From: a virus
Length of the DNA: 64,000 bases
Virus record (IMG/VR): IMGVR_UViG_3300038393_002515
Direction: 5' to 3' (one strand)
Both the position numbers and the translations under genes were made by a program. Of the stretch, positions 16,117 to 23,524 are shown in pieces; the stretch's first letter is position 1, and each line of letters opens with the position of its first letter. The notes beneath the pieces are model-generated. The model was given only the letters and a program-made list of their open reading frames with translations. It did not search any database and was not told the DNA's origin.

Positions 16117-16658
16117 GCAGCCTGCAGACGCCGGAGCCGCTTCAGCGGCTGACCCGCAACGCCTACCACCTCAACGTGCACTCCCTGGTCGACTGGGCCG
16201 AGCGCCATTACGTCGACTTCGACCCGCCGTACCAGCGTCAGGCCGTGTGGGGCGTGCGACGTCGTCAGCGACTGATCATGTCCCTCCTTCAGCAGCTCGC
16301 CGTCGGCGGCATCACGGTCAACAAGCGCGACGACCGGCTGACCTGGCCGAACGAGGCCGCGTTTGCCGTCATCGACGGCAAGCAGCGTTGGCAGACGCTG
16401 CTGATGTTCATGCGCGACGAGCTGGCCGTGCCGCGCTCCTGGTGGGACTCCAGCGAGCTGACCGACGCCTACGAGGAGACCCCCGACGGCCCGCACGTGC
16501 GGTACTCCCAGCTCACCCAGCGCGGACAATTCCGGTTCGATGCCCTCGCCATCCCGTTCGATGAGATGTACCTGAAGAGCGTGGACGCCGAACACAAGGT
16601 GTTCCGCCTGCTCAACACGGGCGGCCTGGCCCAGGGCGAGGAGGACGACGACAGGTGA
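16113..16658 (+). CDS. DUF262 (ParB/Srx-fold, GmrSD N-domain-like) protein
   Basis: DFDPPYQRQAVW and VIDGKQRWQTL (DGQQR-type) motifs; GTGA overlap at 16113. Confidence 0.65.
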   Translation: MSSLQTPEPLQRLTRNAYHLNVHSLVDWAERHYVDFDPPYQRQAVWGVRRRQRLIMSLLQQLAVGGITVNKRDDRLTWPNEAAFAVIDGKQRWQTLLMFMRDELAVPRSWWDSSELTDAYEETPDGPHVRYSQLTQRGQFRFDALAIPFDEMYLKSVDAEHKVFRLLNTGGLAQGEEDDDR

Positions 16659-16689
16659 CGGCCGGGCATGTCAGTGCCCTCCCCTACGG

Positions 16690-16716
16690 TGGCGCCGAGC
16701 GTGATGCCCGGCGCCA
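16690..16716 (+). terminator. terminator after DUF262 operon
   Basis: TGGCGCCG / CGGCGCCA stem, then CATGCGTTTTC. Confidence 0.55.
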
Positions 16717-16736
16717 CATGCGTTTTCGGCACCGGG

Positions 16737-16768
16737 TTGACACATGCATCTATGGATGCGTTAGGGTG
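16737..16768 (+). promoter_or_regulatory. conserved promoter-operator element, copy 4
   Basis: TTGACA-c-ATGCATCTATGGATGCGT-TAGGGTG. Confidence 0.65.
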
Positions 16769-16798
16769 GAGTCAAGCCCGCCAAGGAAGGTGCACACC

Positions 16799-18502
16799 AT
16801 GACCCAGTCGCCCACCCTCGCCGAGACCCTTGCGATCCGGCCCGAGCAGCTCACCGGCCTCACGCCGGTCGAGGTCGACCGCTACAACGCCGTGCTGTGG
16901 ACCGAGTACGCCCGCCTCGCCGCCGCGATCGACAAGGCCGCCGACGGCATCCACAGCGCGCTGCTGCAGCGGAAGAAGAGCGAGCGGCACGGGCGCGGCT
17001 ACACCCAGGTGTGGCCGACGACGTTCGCCGAGGCCCTGCGCACGGCGCAGGAGCACCTGACCACCGGCTGGGAGCCGGACCAGGCCACCCGGGTGCAGCA
17101 CGGCCTGTACCGCGAGGGCGCCTACGCCGCGAGCCTGCGCAAGGCGCTGGACTTCTACAACGCCTTGGGCGCCGCGCGGCAGCGGCTCAGCGACGGCCCC
17201 GGCGCCGTCCTCGACGGTGAGTTCACCCGGCGGGGCGGCTGGTCGCGCATGTACCTGTGCACCTCCGACGGCGGCCACATCCACAGCGGCCGCCAGTGCC
17301 CGAGCATCGGCCCGCGCACCGAGCTGGCGTGGCTGCCGGACGTCTCCGGCATGGACTGGCGCGAGGCGTACAAGGCCCTGCCGCAGAACCTCTCCGCCGG
17401 GAGCCCGGCGATCATGTGCACCAAGTGCTACCCGGACGCCCCGGTCGACTGGACCGTCAAGCAGGCCGACCCGACCGTCTGTCCCGGCTCCGGCAAGTCC
17501 GCGTGGGAGCACATGACGGAGCACCAGCGCGGCCTGTACATGAAGTACGGCAAGTGCCCGTACTGCCCCGACGACGCCGACCTCGTGAGCGTGACCAGCG
17601 GGTGGAAGTTCCGCAAGCACAAGACGGCCGCCCAGGCGGCGCCGGTCGCCGAGGAGCAGCCCGCCCCGCCCGCCCCGAAGGCGGCCGCCCCCAAGCTGAC
17701 GCCGACCCAGCAGAGCGCCCTCGACCTCATGCGCTCCCGCCACACCGGCATGATCCACAGCGGCGAGGGCTTCGCCATCACCACGGTGGACGCCCTCGCC
17801 CGGCACGGCCTGTGCACGGTGGAGAAGTCCAGGCGCGCCGACGGCGTCCTCCGCACCACCGCGTACACCTACTTCGAGGCCACCCTGACCGACAAGGGCT
17901 GGGAGGGCCACGAGCGCCCCGCCGAGCCCGGCCCCGCCTACGGCGAGCCCACCCCGAACGACGAGCTCGGCAAGGGCGACCGGGTGATCAACATCCACAC
18001 CGGCTCCGAGGGAGTGTGGCAGGGCCCCAGCCAGCTGGGCGGCTGGAGCGTCCGGGAGGACATCGGCGCGACGTTCAACATCCATGCGGGCGGCGGCGAT
18101 CACTGGCGCCTCTTGGAGCGGGCCCCTGAGGCGCCTGCCGAGCCCGTCGTTGAGCCGCAGGAGGCCGCCAGCGCCCCGGCCGAGGACGACGTGCCCCTCG
18201 ACCAGGACAAGCCCGTGACGCACGCCTACGGGCCCGCCGGGGTCCGCTACGAGCCCGGCATGCGGGTGACCCGGCGCGGCCGTGACGGCATGTGGGAGCA
18301 CGGGGAGGTGACCGAGGTCTTTGAGGCCGCCCACACCCGGGAGCCGCGCCTGCGCTTCACGGTGGACGCCTACCAGGCCGCCCCGCCCCGGCGTAAGCAG
18401 AAGTGGATGGACAACAAGCCCGGCAAGCGCCGGTCGACCGAGCCCCGCTCGGCAATCGCCCTCGTCGCCGACAAGGACTTGAGCCCCGAAATCATCGCCT
18501 GA
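16799..18502 (+). CDS. large hypothetical protein with Cys clusters and an internal winged-helix-like segment
   Basis: AAGGAAGG-N8-ATG, 32 nt after promoter copy 4. The segment LTPTQQSALDLM...ALARHGL...LTDKG is wHTH-like. Confidence 0.65.
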   Translation: MTQSPTLAETLAIRPEQLTGLTPVEVDRYNAVLWTEYARLAAAIDKAADGIHSALLQRKKSERHGRGYTQVWPTTFAEALRTAQEHLTTGWEPDQATRVQHGLYREGAYAASLRKALDFYNALGAARQRLSDGPGAVLDGEFTRRGGWSRMYLCTSDGGHIHSGRQCPSIGPRTELAWLPDVSGMDWREAYKALPQNLSAGSPAIMCTKCYPDAPVDWTVKQADPTVCPGSGKSAWEHMTEHQRGLYMKYGKCPYCPDDADLVSVTSGWKFRKHKTAAQAAPVAEEQPAPPAPKAAAPKLTPTQQSALDLMRSRHTGMIHSGEGFAITTVDALARHGLCTVEKSRRADGVLRTTAYTYFEATLTDKGWEGHERPAEPGPAYGEPTPNDELGKGDRVINIHTGSEGVWQGPSQLGGWSVREDIGATFNIHAGGGDHWRLLERAPEAPAEPVVEPQEAASAPAEDDVPLDQDKPVTHAYGPAGVRYEPGMRVTRRGRDGMWEHGEVTEVFEAAHTREPRLRFTVDAYQAAPPRRKQKWMDNKPGKRRSTEPRSAIALVADKDLSPEIIA

Positions 18503-18512
18503 CCCGCATGGA

Positions 18513-18540
18513 CGGCCCGCCCCCAGACCGGGGCGGGCCG
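18513..18540 (+). terminator. intrinsic terminator
   Basis: CGGCCCGCCCC / GGGGCGGGCCG stem, then TGTTGTTCC. Confidence 0.65.
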
Positions 18541-18556
18541 TGTTGTTCCTGAAGGA

Positions 18557-18588
18557 TTGACACACGCATCTATGGATGCGTTAGGGTG
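18557..18588 (+). promoter_or_regulatory. conserved promoter-operator element, copy 5
   Basis: TTGACA-c-ACGCATCTATGGATGCGT-TAGGGTG. Confidence 0.65.
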
Positions 18589-18627
18589 AAGCTATCGATC
18601 CCGCCAAGGAAGACGAAGGAGGGCCGC

Positions 18628-19920
18628 ATGGCCACCCCCGAGAACGAGAAGAAGATCCGCCTTCAGACGGTGGGTTGGGTGCCCGCCGACGAGGTCGGAA
18701 ACCTGGAGGTCGGCGACCGGATCATGTGGAACGGCGGCAACACCTCCGAGGTCACCGACATCGAGCAGGTGTCGCGCTGCTTCCGGATGATCTCCCTCAA
18801 GTCCTCGGAGACCGGCAAGCCGCAGACGCCGCGCAGGCTCAAGACCACCGCCCTGGTCGCCCGCATCCCGCAGGCCAAGGAGGAAACCCCGACCACCGCC
18901 GAGATCCCGCCCGTCCGCCTGGCCATCGGTACCCGTGTGCGGCACTCCGGCCAGGAGTGGGCCACCAGCGTGCAGGCGCCCGAGGGCACCGCCATCGTGC
19001 TCGGTGTCGGCCGCACCCACGCCGATGGGTCGGTTGAGTACAAGGTACTGGCCGGACAGGACTTCTCCCGGCACATCGGCGGAGACAACCCCATGAACAC
19101 GCCGAAGGAGTGGAACAGCCTCCGCGTGCGGGAGGTCGCGCCGCCGCCCTTCGAGATGCCGGAGCCGCCCAACGGGTATCGGTTCGAGATCGAGCCGGGC
19201 CCGGGGCGGGTCACGGTGAAGATGTACGCCGACGGCATGGCCGCTCCCGTTCACCAGGACTGGACCGGGCACCCCATCGACAGCCCCGTCATCCCCGGCA
19301 TGGCCCGGGAAATGATCAGAGTGGAGACGGCCCACCGGGAGGAGACGGCCGCGCTGCTCGCCCTCGACGACGCCACCCTCTACGAGGTGTGCGAGTACCG
19401 GGGGAGCATGCCGACCGGGGACGCCGTCACGATGACCGGGAGCGCCGCGCGCGCCCGTCTCCAGGCCGCCCGCGAGGAGGCCGGGCCCGAGCGGCTCCAC
19501 GGCCGCAACTCGCCCCGTTTCACCCTGGAGCACTCTGGTGCCCACTGGTGGGCCACCACGCACGCCTACACCGCCGCCGGGCACCGGGACCAGGGGAACC
19601 GGCGCCACATCGCGGTGCAGCCCCTGGTTACGGCCCGCGCCGCCCAGGTGCTCATGGAGTACACGGGAGACGGCTGCATCACCCCGGTGGAGCAGCCCAG
19701 CGTGAGGGCGTTCGGCCCGTGGGTGCGGCCGGTGCCCAACTTCCCTGAGGACGTGGTGGTGCACTGGGTGACGTGCGGCACGCCGGTGCAGCCGGGGGCT
19801 GAGCGGTACGCGGACCACATGGAGACCTACCGGGCCGCCCTGGAGGGCGCCGGGTGGGAGTTCAAGGCCGCCACCGCCGACGGCGGCATGGTGTTCCAGG
19901 AGCCCGAGCGCACGGCCTGA
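18628..19920 (+). CDS. hypothetical protein
   Basis: GAAGGAGG-N5-ATG behind promoter copy 5. Confidence 0.65.
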   Translation: MATPENEKKIRLQTVGWVPADEVGNLEVGDRIMWNGGNTSEVTDIEQVSRCFRMISLKSSETGKPQTPRRLKTTALVARIPQAKEETPTTAEIPPVRLAIGTRVRHSGQEWATSVQAPEGTAIVLGVGRTHADGSVEYKVLAGQDFSRHIGGDNPMNTPKEWNSLRVREVAPPPFEMPEPPNGYRFEIEPGPGRVTVKMYADGMAAPVHQDWTGHPIDSPVIPGMAREMIRVETAHREETAALLALDDATLYEVCEYRGSMPTGDAVTMTGSAARARLQAAREEAGPERLHGRNSPRFTLEHSGAHWWATTHAYTAAGHRDQGNRRHIAVQPLVTARAAQVLMEYTGDGCITPVEQPSVRAFGPWVRPVPNFPEDVVVHWVTCGTPVQPGAERYADHMETYRAALEGAGWEFKAATADGGMVFQEPERTA

Positions 19921-19934
19921 CCTGCATAAACAGC

Positions 19935-19991
19935 GGCATGGCCCCACTCGCTAGACACGCATCTATGGATGCGTTAGGGTGGGGCCATGCC
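19935..19991. repeat. 13-bp perfect inverted repeat bracketing promoter copy 6
   Basis: GGCATGGCCCCAC (19935-19947) / GTGGGGCCATGCC (19979-19991). Confidence 0.75.
19952..19981 (+). promoter_or_regulatory. conserved promoter-operator element, copy 6
   Basis: TAGACA-CGCATCTATGGATGCGT-TAGGGTG (short-spacer class). Confidence 0.6.
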
Positions 19992-20039
19992 TGCCGGGGA
20001 AACCCGGCAGGAACCGACACTCCCGCCTAGGAGGAACCC

Positions 20040-20645
20040 GTGAGCGAGCAGCTGTTCAACGCCGGTGACCGCGTCCACATCGCCGAGAGCGAGCGCAACG
20101 GTCACACCTTCGGTGAGGCGTTCGGCCGCGTCGACCGCGACTACGGCGGCGAGTGGGTGAAGGTCTGCGTCGACGGCGAGCAGTACCCGTACCCGCACGA
20201 CGTCCCCGCGATCCCCCGCGAGCTGCTCACCCTGGTCGAGGCCGCCGAGGACGACGACGAGGAGGGGGAGACCGCGCCGCAGCCGCGCCGCGTCGAGTCG
20301 AGCAGCCAGGACCTGACCAGCGAGACCGCGTGGGACGGCACGAACTACCCGACGCACATGGTCGAGGTCTGGATCATGAACGACGGTAAGTTCATCGACA
20401 TCGCCCGCAACTTCGCCCGGTTCGACGAGACCGGCAAGCAGCTCGGCGAGTACCTCGGCCGCGTGCTGTTCGACCGGCGCGCGCTGCCCGCCGAGGAGCG
20501 CCGCCGGATCACCCGGGACACCGCCCACACGCTGGACCTGGTCGCCGGTGACCTCACGCAGGACGGCGACGACACCCCCGCCCGCGAGGCGCTGAAGCGG
20601 GTCGACTGGAAGCGCATCGCCTCCAGCCTGACCGACGGACAGTAG
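20040..20645 (+). CDS. hypothetical acidic protein
   Basis: CCCGCCTAGGAGG-N5-GTG behind promoter copy 6. Confidence 0.6.
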   Translation: MSEQLFNAGDRVHIAESERNGHTFGEAFGRVDRDYGGEWVKVCVDGEQYPYPHDVPAIPRELLTLVEAAEDDDEEGETAPQPRRVESSSQDLTSETAWDGTNYPTHMVEVWIMNDGKFIDIARNFARFDETGKQLGEYLGRVLFDRRALPAEERRRITRDTAHTLDLVAGDLTQDGDDTPAREALKRVDWKRIASSLTDGQ

Positions 20646-20653
20646 GCACGACG

Positions 20654-20717
20654 GCCCCGGCCCCGCCCACCCAGGGCGGGGCGGCGGACCGAGCCGGGTT
20701 CGATGCCCGGCCGGGGC
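20654..20717 (+). ncRNA. tRNA-like intercistronic element A (acceptor stem + hairpin + canonical T-arm, no D-arm/anticodon)
   Basis: GCCCCGG / CCCCGCCC-accca-GGGCGGGG / 12 nt / CCGGG-TTCGATG-CCCGG / CCGGGGC; starts 9 nt after stop 20645. Confidence 0.45.
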
Positions 20718-20755
20718 GCTCATCACCCACCCGCCACCACCACGAGGGGAACCCC

Positions 20756-21391
20756 ATGGCCGAGCGCCGCACCCGAGTCAGCAAGAGGACCGCCAACAAG
20801 GCCGCCGCCGAGGTGGCCGAACTGCTCGGCACCCTGGAGGGCTGGCAGAAGCGCAACCCCAACGTTGCCGACTACCGCGTGACCGAGGCCCTTGAGCACC
20901 TGCGCCGCGTCTCCGTCCTCGTGGGATACCTGGTCGACGACCGGGACCCCGAGGGGGACGCCGCCCGCGCCAAGCTGCGCGCGACTCGCGACGCCGAGGC
21001 GGCCCGAGGGATGGCCGACGCCGTTTGGAGCGACCTGCGAGACGGGAACGCCCACGTGGCCGACGTGTCCCCCAAGGGCGACGGTAAGACCTACACCCCG
21101 CCCACGGCCCTGCTGTTCCACTACGCCAGCCGTGACGTGCGCCTGACCCGGAGGAACGGCGCCGTGTACGCCACGATCACCGCCGGGCCGGGGACCGGCC
21201 GGGAGTGGTGGTCGAGCGCCGGAGCCGAGGAGGCCGTCAAGGCCATGGTTCGGGACCTCTACGGCGTCCACTGCGCCCACGAGTACGGCACCGGCCGCGA
21301 CTCCTGCCCCGGCTGCGACTACACCGAGGAGCAGTTCGAGGACCGCTACGCCGGGCGTCTGGGCATGATGCCCGCCAACCCGCTCGCCTGA
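20756..21391 (+). CDS. hypothetical protein
   Basis: GAGGGGAACCCC-ATG; lies between the two tRNA-like elements. Confidence 0.6.
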   Translation: MAERRTRVSKRTANKAAAEVAELLGTLEGWQKRNPNVADYRVTEALEHLRRVSVLVGYLVDDRDPEGDAARAKLRATRDAEAARGMADAVWSDLRDGNAHVADVSPKGDGKTYTPPTALLFHYASRDVRLTRRNGAVYATITAGPGTGREWWSSAGAEEAVKAMVRDLYGVHCAHEYGTGRDSCPGCDYTEEQFEDRYAGRLGMMPANPLA

Positions 21392-21398
21392 CACCACC

Positions 21399-21466
21399 GC
21401 CCCGGCCCCGCCCGCCGCCGACCGGGCGGGGCACGGTCCGAGACAGGTTCGATGCCTGTCCGGGGC
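21399..21466 (+). ncRNA. tRNA-like intercistronic element B
   Basis: GCCCCGG / CCCCGCCC-10 nt-GGGCGGGG / 11 nt / ACAGG-TTCGATG-CCTGT / CCGGGGC; starts 8 nt after stop 21391. The T-stem differs from element A by compensatory changes. Confidence 0.45.
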
Positions 21467-21502
21467 ACTCCTGACCGTCCCGCCAGACACAAGGGGGAGA
21501 GC

Positions 21503-22240
21503 ATGACCACCGCAACGCAACCCCGCCCGTCCGTCTCCAACGTCCGCGCGCTGGCCTCCTGGCTCGCCGACAACGACCTTCCCGGCCAGCGCAGCATGAC
21601 CGCCATCACGCGCCTGCGCCGCGAGCGCTCCACCAACCTGCCGCCCGTCGCCACCACGCCGGAGCCGGTGACCGCCCGGCTCGCCCGCCGCCTGGTCGCC
21701 GAGGCCCGCCGGGAGATCCGGCGCCGGGGCGGGGAAACCGTGATCCTGGGCAAGAACGACAGCGTGAGCGGCTCCCTGGTGCTCGCCGACCGCGACCGCG
21801 CGCAGCGCATCATCCTGGTGCGCGCCGAGGGCTGGCGCTACTACTCCAGCCGCTTCGGATCGCGGCACGTCGAACTGGCCTACCTGTACGGCCGCGACGA
21901 CGCCGGACCGTGGGCCGTGCGCGTCCCCGGCAGCATCACCACGGTGCGCGAGGGGCTCGCCTGGCTGACCCCGGCCGCCGTGAAGCAGGCCCGCGCCGAG
22001 AGGCGCCGGGTGCGCCGCCAGGGCGACGTGTACGCCGTGGAGACCACCGCCCGCCGCGACGGCCGGGGCGTGGCCGACCTGCCCGAGGCCCACGAGTGGC
22101 GCGCGTCCACGCGCCACCTGGTCCACAACCCCGACGACGGCCGCAAGCACCGCCCGCTGCGCCTGCCGTACCCGGTGGAGTTCATCCCCCAGCGCGCGTA
22201 CGAGATGGGCCGCAGCGGCGCGCGCGGCGCCGCCGACTGA
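21503..22240 (+). CDS. hypothetical protein
   Basis: AAGGGGGAGAGC-ATG 21503, in frame with ORF 21452..22240. Confidence 0.6.
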   Translation: MTTATQPRPSVSNVRALASWLADNDLPGQRSMTAITRLRRERSTNLPPVATTPEPVTARLARRLVAEARREIRRRGGETVILGKNDSVSGSLVLADRDRAQRIILVRAEGWRYYSSRFGSRHVELAYLYGRDDAGPWAVRVPGSITTVREGLAWLTPAAVKQARAERRRVRRQGDVYAVETTARRDGRGVADLPEAHEWRASTRHLVHNPDDGRKHRPLRLPYPVEFIPQRAYEMGRSGARGAAD

Positions 22241-22273
22241 CCACCATCCACCACCACACCCCGAGGGGGAGCC

Positions 22274-22660
22274 GTGAACATCCCGCGCATGGTGCGCAAG
22301 TACGCCCAGGATGCCCACAAGCGCTACACGACCGAGCTGGAGGCGATGCGCGAGCGCATCACGGAGCGCCCGGCAGATCTCACCGGAGACCGCTTCACCG
22401 AGTTCCACGCCGCCCGCGAGCTGTACAACCTCTACGCCAAGCCGCTTGCCCTGGACGCCGTCGGCAACAGTGCATACGACGACGCCAAGGTGTTGGACCG
22501 CATCGAGGACGCACGCCGCACCGCGCTCCGGTGGCTGCTGACCAGCAAGCCCCCCATGAGCGGCGTCATGGTCGTAGAGCAGCAGATCGCCGAGAACGAG
22601 GCGCGCCGGTTCCTCTCTCAGATGCAGGTGCTCGACATGCAGGAGGGCGAGGAGCAGTGA
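22274..22660 (+). CDS. hypothetical helical protein (paralog pair, member 1)
   Basis: GAGGGGGAGCC-GTG. ELEAMRERI and RRFLSQMQ blocks are shared with the next gene. Confidence 0.55.
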   Translation: MNIPRMVRKYAQDAHKRYTTELEAMRERITERPADLTGDRFTEFHAARELYNLYAKPLALDAVGNSAYDDAKVLDRIEDARRTALRWLLTSKPPMSGVMVVEQQIAENEARRFLSQMQVLDMQEGEEQ

Positions 22661-23061
22661 GCAAGAGCAGCGCCGCTCTGCTGGCCGAATTGCAGACGAA
22701 GGCGACGGCCGCCGTCGCCCACCTGGAGGCCATGCGCGAACGCATGCGCCGCCAGCTGGACCAGGGTTTTTACCTGGACGAGTTCGCCGCTTATGACCTC
22801 TTGTTGGCCGAAGGCATTCATGCCCAGTACCGGGAGATCGGCATCACGGCCGACGGTACCCTGCGCCGCCACGACGGTGAGACCGACGCCGACATGATCC
22901 AGGGCGCCCGCAACATCCGCCAGGAGATCCGGCGCAGGCTGGTCGAGGTGCCCGAGAGCATTCAGGTTGGCCTCTCCGCCGTCCGCCAGCACCAGACCCG
23001 GGAGGGCATGCGCCGCTTCCTTCGGGAGACCGAGTTCCTCGCCAAGGAGGTGACCGAGTGA
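22657..23061 (+). CDS. hypothetical helical protein (paralog pair, member 2)
   Basis: GTGA overlap at 22657; HLEAMRERM and RRFLRETE blocks. Confidence 0.55.
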   Translation: MSKSSAALLAELQTKATAAVAHLEAMRERMRRQLDQGFYLDEFAAYDLLLAEGIHAQYREIGITADGTLRRHDGETDADMIQGARNIRQEIRRRLVEVPESIQVGLSAVRQHQTREGMRRFLRETEFLAKEVTE

Positions 23062-23121
23062 GCCACCCGCGCCACCCCAAGAGGCCGAAGAGGCCGAGCC
23101 GCCCCCGGTAGGAGAGAGATC

Positions 23122-23358
23122 GTGAGCGAGATGCAGTGGCCCGCCCGGGGGGCGACCGTGCTGGTTCAGGACGTCATGAGCGAGGCTCTCGCGCAGATGA
23201 GGACCAGCAAGGAGCCGCCCGCCCGTAGGGGCGTGGTGGTCGAGACGCCCGCCGACGGCGGCGTTCATCTGACCATCGACACCGGCGGCGAGTACGGATG
23301 CGTGACCTACCCCGCGTTCGGCTTCGCCTCCTCGCACACCTGGAAGGGAGCCGCCTAG
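23122..23358 (+). CDS. hypothetical protein
   Basis: TAGGAGAGAGATC-GTG. Confidence 0.5.
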   Translation: MSEMQWPARGATVLVQDVMSEALAQMRTSKEPPARRGVVVETPADGGVHLTIDTGGEYGCVTYPAFGFASSHTWKGAA

Positions 23359-23379
23359 ACGGTAGCCATCGGCGGGAGT

Positions 23380-23429
23380 CCAGCAGGCCAGTGACCAGGG
23401 CAGATACGCCCCGGTTGCTGGCCTGCTGG
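23380..23429 (+). terminator. long-loop hairpin upstream of promoter copy 7
   Basis: 12-bp stem CCAGCAGGCCAG / CTGGCCTGCTGG with a 26-nt loop. Confidence 0.4.
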
Positions 23430-23449
23430 CATTGGTGCGCTCAAGGGGC

Positions 23450-23481
23450 TTGACTCATGCATCTATGGATGCGTTAGGGTG
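23450..23481 (+). promoter_or_regulatory. conserved promoter-operator element, copy 7
   Basis: AAGGGGC-TTGACT-c-ATGCATCTATGGATGCGT-TAGGGTG. Confidence 0.65.
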
Positions 23482-23524
23482 GGACCAGTCCCGCCGGACA
23501 CCACCACCCGAAGGAGGGCCCACC

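Noticed and set aside
16534-16562. Two further GGTTCGATG / GTTCGATG strings that might be extra tRNA-like T-arms.
   Set aside because: They lie inside the DUF262 coding sequence, with no complementary flanking stems and no closing acceptor-like stem.
17470-17500. CPGSGKS in the 16799 product as a Walker-A P-loop.
   Set aside because: It does not fit GxxxxGK[ST] spacing. It sits in a Cys-rich segment, and no Walker-B or other NTPase motif follows.
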